A stretch of 64,000 bases of DNA. Source: Marsupella aquatica (lineage: Eukaryota; Plantae; Marchantiophyta). Each line of letters begins with the position of its first letter. The first letter of the stretch is position 1. The translations under genes and the position numbers were made by a program. Below the pieces are notes generated by a model. That model made no database searches. It saw only the letters and a list, made by a program, of their open reading frames with translations, and was not told where the DNA came from. The DNA is taken from NCBI GenBank assembly GCA_973895155.1, contig OZ316896.1, positions 16,285,752 through 16,349,751 of the forward strand, given 5' to 3'. Shown here in pieces: positions 1 through 11,522 of this stretch.

Positions 1-3000
1 AAGGCGAGGGATCATGGTAATGCCATTAATATTATGCGGTCTCTGGAATATGCTGGGTTCCAACCGACCACATTTCACCACAACTGTCTGCTAATGTGTC
101 AGGTAAGGATGATGTGTAAGCATAATAAGTTATCTGAAGGATAGTGCCCTCTCGTTACTTTCACTTTCGATACGCACTTTTCTCAGAAGGTATCAGATTA
201 GATGATTACTGCTATCTATTGTCGAATGAATAGCTCAAAGCTAATGTCTAGTATTGAAAACTTGGGAAGTTTTGTCATTGGCGCAATTGAGAAACGGGAT
301 CAACCAATCTTGCAGGCCAATGCAAATGTTCCAGAGGTGGCAGCCTCAACATTCGAAGAGATGCTATATGGACCCGGTCGGTAAATGCTAAACCACTCCA
401 TTTTGTGAAAGTCTGGGTGCAAAACTCTTTAAAGATCAGTCGACAGGCGGTCGTTTTCTTGATATTGCAGCTGCAGATAAACTGTTTTGTGAACATGAGT
501 GTCTGCAATCTCCAGACCTTTGTCTAAAGCTGGCAGAGAATGCTAAGGGCTATGTTTTGATATCCTTCTGCTGATGTTCAACAGACGAAATGAAACCAGA
601 CACAGAATCGTATAACTGGTTGCTTCAAGCCCATATTCGACATAATCATGGGGACAGGTCGGCATGCGCTCTTCGCCTTGGATTGAAGTCTATCATATAA
701 GAAATTTCACTATTACGGGTTGTTATGATTGATGTATTATCTACTTGAAAAGGTTGTGCGATTCAGCAGGCGTTTGATGTATAAGTAAGTCGCTGAAATC
801 TGCCATACCGTACAATTAGAAAGCAGCTGTTTTGATGAGTTGTTGTCTCATATGGACTTGTGACAGGTGCGCGGAGGTTGTGGATCTAGTAGGAGAGATG
901 GTTGAAGACCACAAACGTGTTCAGCCAAATATGAGGACCTATTGGTGCGTACAGTACGGTGATGGGTTTTGTAGTTTTTAATATGGCATGGGGTGGAGAT
1001 TCTTTCCAAGTTTAGTCCTTAAGCAATTGGCTGATTTTATTGGTCTTGGTATGGAATCCCGCTTGCGTCAGATATCTTTGAACCAGGCTCTGATCTGCTT
1101 ATCAGCACATGGGTTGTCTCAGATATAGAGCAACATTATGGCAGAAGTGAGTTGCAAATTGAGCAGCTTGCTGTGCCAAATGCTGATTTTTGATGTGTTT
1201 GCGGTGCGCAGTCTTTTAGTTGAATGCTTTACGAAGTACAACGTTGCAAACGAAGCGGTTCGTTACTTTCGAGCTCTAAGTCGACTTCCTGGAGGAATGC
1301 AGTATCTTCATAACGAGGGAAAAAATGGGGACCCTCTATCTCTTTACCTGAGAGGTTTATGCCTGGAAGGTGATAAGACCTCTTTAAGATCAGTAACTAT
1401 TGTTTTGTAGCTGGTGTTGTACTCCAGGATGTTTTTAGTTTGTAATTTTTTTTGACTTGTTTCTTGAAAAGACCCATGAGCGCGGAACTGACTGTTTTGC
1501 ATAATATTTTGATGGATTGCTGACAAATACAGGAAGAGCCGCGGATCTTTTGGACGCCCTGGAAACCATGGTCAGAGATAAGCAGGAGATAGCATCTAGG
1601 GCCATGTTTGTCAATGCAAAGGGCCGAACTTTGGTTAGTTCATGGATTGAGCCCATCGGAGCTGAAGCTGACTTAGGCTATGAGGTTGACTACGTTGCCA
1701 GGTCTGTAGTCCTTGTAATAACTTTCAATCGCCTTCATAATGGGAGAATTAATACTAAGTACAGTTAGGCGTCCGATCATCTGTTTGAATCTAATGGTTG
1801 CTGTCAGGCTTGGTCTTTAGGACACGGTATCACAGAATTGACTGGTTCACCCATTGGTAAAATTCTGGGCTCCCAATGATCCGGGTAATTGATTTCAAGA
1901 TCTTGTGCATGTCAAGAGACTGTTTTGACTGCTCAATAATTGACTTTTGTTTTGTTTCCTATTACAGGTATCTAGCTGATGGGGGTGATACAGGAACTCG
2001 AAAGCGATGGTCTGACCTGGAAGGTGGCAGTGAGGATAGTGAGGGTTTTGCCTACTCAGCTCCGGTAGAGGTGTCGTTCAAGCAGCATTCTGTTCAGATG
2101 CGCCGAAGATACACTCTTAGACTTATTCGCAAACTGAGGAACGAAGGAGTCCTTGCGCTTGGGCCTGGGGCAACTGACGAAGATGTGGTAAGAGTAATGG
2201 CAAAGTTGAGAAAGGAAACTATGGGGGACATGATCTTCCAACCGAAAAAGCCAAAAGCTGCGAGTAAAATGCTTGTCCATGAGCTGAAAGAGGAACTTGA
2301 GGGGCAAGGACTACCCACAGATGGGACAAGGCCAGTACTTTATCAGAGAGTACAAAAGGCTAGAAGAATTAATCGTGCCCGTGGCCGGCCTCTTTGGGTC
2401 CCTGACACAGAGGATGAGAACGAAGAGGTATGCTGTTATCTGATTTCCACGGGAAGTATCGTAAGTCTTAGGTTAACAGTGTGTCGATTTTGAAGGTAGT
2501 CAATGCTAAGATGGGTTGGCTAATTTATGGATTTCGTGCTGTCCCGTAGTGACTTGTGCCTTGCTCCCGGGATTGTGGAAGCCATGCCCAAACGAAAAAT
2601 TGTATCCAGACAGGAAAAGTTTTATTGCTTGTATACTCTTCGCCTCCTTTTTCACTCATACCTTACCCATGCTCTTGATCCTGAAGGCACCGGCAAGCCT
2701 TAGCTAGGCCTAATAACACTAAGTTCATCCTTGCTGCGTTTTTTGAAAGCAGCCTTCATACCCTAGATGAGATTGCAGGCGCCTAAATCTTGCATTTTGA
2801 TGGGGTTTTCAGGAAACGGAGGACGACAGCATTGACATATTCATGCAAAGGCTGCACCTGGAAAATGATCACACAGAATTTTGGAAAAGGAGATTGACAG
2901 GAGAGGATGAAGATGCTGATCTATTTCAGGTCGCAGTCGGCGGTGGCCTCACTGAGGAACTTGACTCAGATTTTGGAGAAGAGGACGAGGATGATATTGA

Positions 3001-4033
3001 TGAGGATGTGGAAGAAATCGAGGAAAATGAAGACCTTGCGGATGATGGAGGTGAAGATGACCCCGAAGCACCTGAGCTTCTTGCTCTAAAGCTCATGAAG
3101 AAGAAAGCCGAAGTAGTTGTAGAAGAACAGGTACCGTTGTGGATTTTGTCCAGTTTTTGCTTCAAAACGAGTTCGGAGAAATGAGGCAGGAATTAGCCGG
3201 GGTGTTAAGGAATGTTCCTAACTTAATGTTTCCGACTGTGATCGCAGGTCCTTGCTGAGGACGAAGCAAATGAAGGACAGTATGTGGGCTTAACACTACA
3301 GCAGAAAATTGCAAAGCTCAGGAATGAGAAACTTTTGGATCCCTCGGAGATGTATACCATAGCTGATGTTTGGGGTTGGACATGGGAAAGAGAGATCCGA
3401 GCAAAAGAACCTTCTCGTTGGACCCAGGAATATGAAGTGCAGATTGGCATGCAGATAATGCAGAGGGTAATGATTACGCATGCTCATGAATTCTTAAAGC
3501 AGTTTAGTATTTTGCATGTTCAGAACGGATTATTGTTTTTTTTCTGGCTAGATCAGCGTTGTCTTGGTCTGAGCACAGGTTTACTGAGCGCTGATTGGAG
3601 TCTCAATTACGTGGCAGGTCCTGGATTTGGGAGATGTTCCTACAATTGGAGATTGTGCAATGCTAGTGCATGCAGCCATGCGAATTCCTTGGCCTGAAGC
3701 TATAGTTTCCCTCATTCAACAGACACATAAACTTGGCTACAAGTTTGGAAGGTAGTCGCCATTTTACGTCTTACATTCTTTCCATTTAGAGTAATCTGTT
3801 GTAAGGATATTCCATTACTTCACTTACCTTGTAACGCTGACTGCGGGACTGACTGTGTGTTGTGCAGTAAACTTTATAATGACGTTGTGAAACTATTCAT
3901 CAACGTTGGGGAGAAGGATGCTGCAGTTGCGGTCATGGCTGACATGGAGGAAGTAGGCCTTTCTGCTCCCGGAGATCTTATCAACTCAGTCCTCTTGGAA
4001 TCTGCGGAGGTAGAAAGACAAGAAATTAGCTAG
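1..4033 (+). CDS. pTAC3: Plastid transcriptionally active 3 (pTAC3/PAP1)-like PPR-like + SAP-domain protein, 5'-truncated by the window edge
   Basis: GT-AG exons joined in frame: <1-102, 316-376, 585-657, 867-944, 1212-1369, 1533-1701, 1968-2427, 2813-3130, 3248-3466, 3618-3751, 3868-4033 (TAG). Translation includes GDPLSLYLRGLCLEGR, RTLVSSWIEPI, a SAP motif (ASKMLVHELKEELEGQGLPTDGTRPVLYQRVQKARRINR), an acidic tract and EMYTIADVWGWTWERE, all recalled as characteristic of plant pTAC3. Confidence 0.92.
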
Positions 4034-5674
4034 ACGTTGGCTCATAGTCAAGGTTGTGCATCCCCTGAGAACTTTAGATACTACACCACTTGTGGTTGAG
4101 GGGTCATTGTGATCGCTGATCCCTTTCCTCAAATTAGTTATGAGCAGCTCCAGATCATCAGCTTCTGGGTACAATGATGTTTGTTCAAAATATCTGGAAA
4201 GGTCTGTACGGCTGCAGAGATTTTATCTGTGGAGACCAAAGTATTCTTAGGTTGGTCACCCAGTTTCATCATAACTCGGGTTCTTGATTCTTTAAGGCAA
4301 GATCTTTTCTAGTTTATAGCAAGAGGATCTTTGTCCCTTTGAGCTGGGCTGTAAGATGCAGGCTGCCTGATCTCCTTTCCCATCAAATTGCAAGATGGGT
4401 TGTATTTCTTCAATTGAATCAACATGAGTAGAAGCTTAAATGAGATGTAGTTGGATTGCTGACTGCTGTTCGTTCTATTCTGACCCTGTACAAAGACTGG
4501 GGGGTTTCTCTTCAATTCTCTTGTTCTCGATCTATGGCAGTAGGATTTCTTCCTTGGGCATCTATTATGCTGTACTCTAGGGAAGTGGTGTAATAAACTC
4601 ATCCAGCAGTGCCAGTACCTCCTCCTGACAATTCGGCTGGGATTTTGGTAAACTGCTATATCAAGTCCGTTTGTCATGGGTAACTTCGAATGTTTTGTGG
4701 GTATACTTCGTTCAGATGGGAGCTGCAAATCCAACATCGTACTTGAATCTTGTTTCAGCATTGAACTTTGGCACGACAGTGCATTTTGTGTTCTTGAGCT
4801 CTCGACATTTCTGGCTGGGCTTTTGCTGAGTCTGAATAATCAAACCCACGTTCCTTTTAAGGAACGTTGTACGCCAGCTGGCGGATTGGCCCCATGGGTG
4901 TCTGAATCTCCACACATTAATTTTTTACACATTAAAAAGTTATGATTAACTTTTTCTGGGCTTTGCTCTCAGGTAAACATGCAGGTCCAGTCCCATTTTT
5001 GGTTCTGCGTACTGGCATAGCAGTTCAAAAATTCCTACTCTTTTGGAAAAGTTGCCTTTTGGCTGGTTTTGGGCAAAGATAACAGTTCAAAGTCCATTTC
5101 TAGCCTTCTGAGAGGATCCGCTTTCTACTGATATAATAACATGGGAAGGCTTGTCCTTCGTTAAGGTTAATGCTTTCTCTGTTCACAACATATGAGTCAC
5201 ATTTACCCGGTTTTCTAACAAACAGAACTTGTGATGAGCGTGACCGCGGAATTTAATTTGGATTCGCTAATTTTTTGTATCTAATTCCAGTGTTCAGAGT
5301 CGTCAAATAGTAATTGATTTTCAAAAGTTGGGTGGTCTGTACCTCGACGAGTTTTTAATACCTTAAAGCAGTCCGGATCACCATTGCTATGATCCGCACG
5401 AGTGCGTCTCACGAGGAAGGTCTTTGACACAGTCGGAAAACGTTTCCACCCTGTCCCCGTCTAGTCAATGCCATCTGGAACCCGGCAACACAATTTTTGC
5501 ATTCAGTTATAATAAAGAGAAAATTAGCAGAGAAGTGATTTGATATAGGTACGGATGGTCAATATTGAACTGTAATAAGAGGCTGCAGTCCCGAGTTTGA
5601 CAAACTTCCAGATTGTTTCCACTTATGAAATTCATTTCTCGGTCAACAACTAACTCCTCGAGAACTGTTTCTTG

Positions 5675-6155
5675 TACCCATCACCGCCTGAAGCGGGAAA
5701 TCTAACAGATCTCGAGGGATTTTTGGGGAAGGAAATGACTGTTTGTACCTACCGCCCATTGAAAGCTGAAAATCTAACAGATCTCGAGGGAATATATGAA
5801 ACGATGGATGCAAGACATGTAGGTAGAATGTAGATAGGGTTTACCAAATTTGGACGTATCACACCCATTGAAGGAGGAAAATCTAACAGATCTTCAGGAA
5901 AGAAATAACGAAGGTAATGGATGTGGATCGAATGTAGAGAGGGAATACCAAAATTGTATCTATCATCACTGAAATATGGAAACATAACAGAGACCCAGGA
6001 AGTGAAATGACGGAAGAAACTGATGTAGATAGAATCCAGACAGGGAATGCCAAATTTTATCTATGACCCATTGAAAGAAGAGATCTAACAGATCTTCAGG
6101 TAAGGAGATGTCCCAAGGCAATTCTATGTGAATTCACAGAATTGGGAATACCATT
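5675..6155. repeat. Degenerate tandem repeat, ~4-5 units of ~70-110 bp
   Basis: Recurring CCCATTGAA...(AA)ATCTAACAGATCT at ~5700, ~5772, ~5881, ~6083 (diverged at ~5985) and recurring (AG)AATGTAGA..GGG..TACCAAA. Confidence 0.75.
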
Positions 6156-6261
6156 ACACAGGCTACAAAGTGGAATCTAGAGGTATTAATTCAAAGAATA
6201 AGTCCTGATTTAGCCATGATACCTGTACTAGGATAGAATCTTGACAGGGCATATCCAAAGC

Positions 6262-6319
6262 ACAGACTACGAAGTATGAATGTAATCCAACAGACTACGA
6301 AGTATGAGTATAATCCAAC
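6262..6319. repeat. Two-copy ~28-bp tandem duplication
   Basis: ACAGACTACGAAGTATGA(A/G)T(G/A)TAATCCA occurs twice back to back. Confidence 0.85.
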
Positions 6320-9300
6320 GACAAAGAATGATTATCCACAAAATTAGCTGTATTATCGTAGATGTACATACAATTTAGACACAAAAAACCAACGCACAGA
6401 GTAAGAATCTAAGAGACATATAAAGATTGTTCGGAGAAATGTTTGTAATATTATGTATGACAGTATATGAAGCCGGCAACACCTGCCTCATCCTGTCATG
6501 AATACGTGCAACTCTATGCACGGTTCTATACAATCTGTCTAGAATTTGCGTCCTACTGAAATCTGTGAAAGGCCTGAAATCTGTGAAAGGCCGAGCACGC
6601 TCGCGTTGAAGTCTGCTGTAATTTCGAGAAGAAACATAAAAACTCTTGGCACCTCCGTCCTTGATGGTCTTCGCTATATTTTCGGAACTGAACACTTAGC
6701 CCATAAGAGGAGCCCATTGTCATCGATCATCAGAGGTCTTTGCTGCAATTTTCCAAAGAAAAATATCAGACAACCTACTTTATACCTACAAAATCTAGTG
6801 TATTTCACCTTTCATATTTAGTCCAATAAGGAACATTTTGGGCCTATGTTGCACAAAAGGAAACGATGTAAGCATAGTTTTGGTATAACTTCCAAAGTTA
6901 CCTGAGAGCAACACAAAGATTAGTTGGCTGAGAAAATCATGTCATCTTATAGTGTAACACAAAGATAGGTTGCAAGACTCCACTTGTGTCCAGCAAAGGT
7001 GGATATGGGCAAAAGTAGAGGGCCAAAACTAGGCACAAATTGTATTTGCACGATGGCAGGTCACAAACTGCGAGGCACCGCGCGTTCTTGGATTAAGTTC
7101 CAAGAAGCAACAGTGAAGTTGCTCGTGATTTTTGTCTAAAATCACGCGGCGACACGCGGTTGATAACATTTTATCACACAAATACTAATTTGTAACTAAT
7201 TCATGCCCCATACTTTTTCCTAAGAATATTGTTTGCTCCACCACAAAATTTGTACACTTGTACTCTTAGAGAATGCTGACCACATACACCAAATAAGTCA
7301 AATGCCTTCATCATGGCTATGGATTATTGAAACAGTGCTTCTGAATATCATAAAACAACACTAGATCATTGTTATAATCTACTTACAAATTGCATTCATT
7401 TTCATTTTCAGGCAACAAGAGGAACTGGCAAGAAAAGGAATTATAAAAACAAACAGAACTGGAGTCTATCACCAAGAATTAAAACATCGCCATGCTACGA
7501 GCTCCTTGCTTCATGGTACTGAGCTCCTGACCACTGAGCAGCAGATATGCTGCAGACGCCCTGAGTTAAAAGAGGCTAATTGCAGATCCTAATTGCAGAG
7601 CCATAACATAATATTGCGTTCAAGTTCACTGTACCTGGATGACCCAGATGGAATCTGAACAGGGTCTTACAGCCAGAGACTTGCACGTCTGAAGAGAGAG
7701 TCCTGCATTCGTTTCCACCGTGAATAAGACCAACGATCCGTTCCAATATCAAAGGGAGGGTTGAAGATTCATCTCAAGAAATTCTCAGCACTGTTAGACA
7801 CCATTTATGATACATTCCAAGTCAGAAAGAAGATTGCTAGACATCAGGGTCCACTTTAAGGATCAGAGGGAGAGTTAAAAAAACTATCGGCGCGTGTTAG
7901 ATACCAAGGATCCATTCCAAGTCCCAAGAGAGTTAAGGATTCAACTCCATTGTAAATACCAAGGTACAACGAGTCCAAGGGTTAAAAAATCACCTGTGAA
8001 TTTGGAGAACTTGTCGGTTTGGAAAATCAATGTTTGGTCGGCAGATTGTAGCTCAGCGGTTTCCTAAGTAGAAGAACTTCCATGCAGCACAGGCAAACGA
8101 TGAAGCCTAAGAAGCTCTCGGCCCACTGGATGCTGTTCCTAGCCTCCTCTCCCAACGCTAGCTGGTGTCCATGCCTATGCTGCACAGCCATAACATAATA
8201 TTGCGCCGCAGGGATTGAAGCTCGATGAGTCCCTATCAGAACGTCTGAACCGAAGATAGATTCTTACGACAGTACTAGCGGCCGAAAAATCACAAGTCCA
8301 AGGGGAGAAGTTTTGGTGTCAAAAATCAATATTTCATTTTCGAGAATGCTTCTGTCAATATGCACTTTTAAGCTCGGATCCAAATCCAGCATAGGCAACG
8401 ATTCATCCTCAAGTTCCTGAGCAGCGTCATGAAATAGAAGATCTAGATATCTCACGTCGGATTCTCCATAATGTTCATCACAAATAGTCCCAGAGTTCTA
8501 GAGAGTCAGAAATCACATGTCAATGTTTTGGTTTGCAAAATCAAAACGTAGTTCGATTCAGATTCTTTTGCAGCACATGCCTCATCCGAGACCTAATCTG
8601 GCTAGAAGATCACCTCAGATGATTAAAAACGGAACATCACCACAGAACTTGCAGAACCTGACTAAGCCACCCATCAAAGTTGTCAAATGGACAGTGAGTA
8701 ATCTGCTTGGCATGGCTGTTAGGACCTAATACATCAAGAACAAAAGAAATGAAAAATCTAAATTTCACTGGCATCCGGACAGGCCGAGGGGATCGATTAC
8801 GTCGAGAACTTTAATAAAACAAAACAAACCACAAAACAAAACAAAAAATTGACCTGAGGTATTGGGTTTCCATAATACCGCACGTACTGACCAACTCTGC
8901 TTAAAACATCTCTTAGCTTGGCACGACAGTGTGACCACCACCTGACTTCTACTGTCCATGTTGTTGGTTGACAATTGTTGGATTCAAGCTCGTCAAACAC
9001 TCACAAAATTCAACGTTGTCTTTAACACAACAGTGAGAGAAGGCCTACGTCAGACGTGGCTGGAAATCTCGAAGATAATTCACAGGCTATTATCACAGCG
9101 AAATTTCATGAAAGAGATTGATTCCAACTGATGCGACAGAAATAAAAAAATTACCCAAGTATCGCGTTTTTCTTGGTTTGTATGAGATTTCAGAGTCTCG
9201 ACGGGCAGTCATGTCTTTCCTCATGGAGCAAGTACCGTCACTGCAAGATCGCTTCAGCTCTCACGGAGCTATGTAAATATTAGTAGCATGACGAGCAACA

Positions 9301-11222
9301 TGAAGTCAACCACTGGAGAGCTCGATCTAATGTGGGTAAGCGACTGAACTCGATCTCCCCGAACAAAGTGCACGAAATATGTGCCGGGACGCCTGCCACC
9401 ACCAGAGCATCTAAAGCCATTGGAGTTCCCGAAGATTTCTGACTGGTAATGACGAGTTACTGACTTCACTCAACAAGCCTTGGCTAGACTTTGCACTCCT
9501 TAGTGTGGCATCTGTAATATCCACCGTCAGTTCTTATAATCATCCAGCAGTCACGCGACTAACGCATTCGAGAATTCTGTAACTGAGCATTGCACAACTT
9601 CCGACTTGTCCACTGCATGTGCTACACACAATTTTGGCCACGAAAGCGGACGAGAACTGAAATCACGGAACCTGATTTAGAATCGGTGTCACCATGCTCA
9701 CTCCCATCTCTTTCAATAGCACCTGTCCTTCCTGCACGACAGTCCGCTGCTGCTTGCAACGAGGATTTTGCGTGCTTACCTCCAGACAAATGTACGTAGC
9801 TACCGTTACGAGTCCAAGGTACCTGTTTCGTATTTCTAAGCAATAAAAAAAACCAGAAGTAATTTGCAATTCACTGAGCTCTCTAATTTAACGTGTGTTA
9901 TTAACGCCGTTTTAGAGAGACCTATGACACTTTTCTGTGCATACGGGCTTGATGCAGCTGGACAATGAGTCCCTGCTACGTACTCTCAAGAGAGTACGTC
10001 CTGGGTACCAATTGACAGGCAGCAGCCTACCTAGTGGGACCTCGATATATCGACCAGATAGATGTTGACGTGCAAGTAGGCTCGGAAGGTGAGCGGGCGA
10101 ATTCATAATCTGACCGAGTTAAGCACTGTCTAGCTCACGGGGTCTGCAACTCTCTGAGATGTTTGTACTGTGGAAGTACAAACATAGAGGTAGAAAATTC
10201 TGATCAGGCAGGCTTGAAACGTCACGAAAAGCCATTTCCTTATTTTTACAACTATTACACTGATGTGATATATATTGGATTAGCTAGCGCTGTAAAAAAA
10301 AGGAAGAAATGTATGTAATACCAGACCGAAGTTAGTAGCTAGCTTTCGGGAGACTGGGCCATGTGCCTATGTACATTAATTTCTTCGACCTGGAGGAAAA
10401 AGGAATTGAGTACGTTGGACCCAAAGAATACTGAAAATGTGCTGAATGTAACTTCCTACGACCCAACCAAGTGACCCTCACTAGTCTGTGAATCCGTAGC
10501 CTGACTTGAATTGAGGTTCAGACGACCAGGCAGTCCTTTGGAAATTCCCTACATTAGGTCATGACCTCTATGCGCTCACACACTGCTCCAAGGACTTCGA
10601 ATGACCTGCATAAACACGTTATGGAGGAGGTGCAGCCTCTGATTTTCAAAAGATCCAAGTGTCAGTACCGTCGGACTAGAGGGAACAAGAGAGGATCGAT
10701 AAATAATCGTCCCTCTACTCTGACCGCGTCACTAGAGAATTCAGTAAAACAGTGACTTAAGAACGGTTCAGTAAAAATCTGAGGGGAAATCGAGTTAGAA
10801 GTCGATAGCTAGCACCTCTAGGTCGCTATAGCCGGCCTCTAAGTGAACAAAATCCTCAAGTCGTGCTTGATCTCCTTAGGAATTCAATGCCTCCATGCTC
10901 TAAGGGATCAAACTCAACATGAGCAAATCTTCAGAAGTGGGTCCACTCGAAAGTAATTAGTTCGATGAGAAGTCTCAGGCAGATACGTCTTGACAATAAA
11001 ATCACCCTCCTATTTATACACTCGATCTTGCAAGGCAGGCCTACAAGATCATCATGATGAATTGAACAACCTTCTGGTAGGGGGAACCGAGGGAGAGAGT
11101 CCTTTGGTCCCGTACTCTATAACAGCCTTACCAACAGCCAGGCTCAATTGAATTTGCCAGTGAGAGAGGGAGCTGGTGCTGTGCATCGACACCTTGAACT
11201 TGTGGTCCCGACCAATCTGCCT

Positions 11223-11266
11223 TGTCGGCCTGTCTCTCACCCTCGCAGTAACGCAATATATATAAA
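11223..11266 (+). promoter_or_regulatory. Candidate core promoter: TATA box with adjacent AuxRE-like hexamers
   Basis: TGTCGG (11223-11228) and TGTCTC (11231-11236) lie ~20 bp upstream of TATATATAAA (11257-11266), followed by a CT-rich leader-like sequence. Confidence 0.4.
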
Positions 11267-11494
11267 CAAACTAGCTAGCAAGCAAGTCAGACCCCAGCCA
11301 GAGAAATGTTTTGAAACGGAGGCATAATTCGAAGTGTACTCGCAAATCTATCAAGCTTGTCCCCCGAGTCCTTAATCCTGGAACTACGCCACTGACCAGC
11401 TTGGCGGCTGCAGTGCTTCGGCAGTAATTAACGCGAGCTTTATACTTTGAGAGAGAGCTCGCCACGCACCTCTTTCCTCCTCAAGAGGTAGACG

Positions 11495-11522
11495 GCCTGC
11501 CTGCCTGCCTGCCTGCCTGCCT
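11495..11522. repeat. (GCCT)7 microsatellite
   Basis: Read directly from the sequence. Confidence 0.95.
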
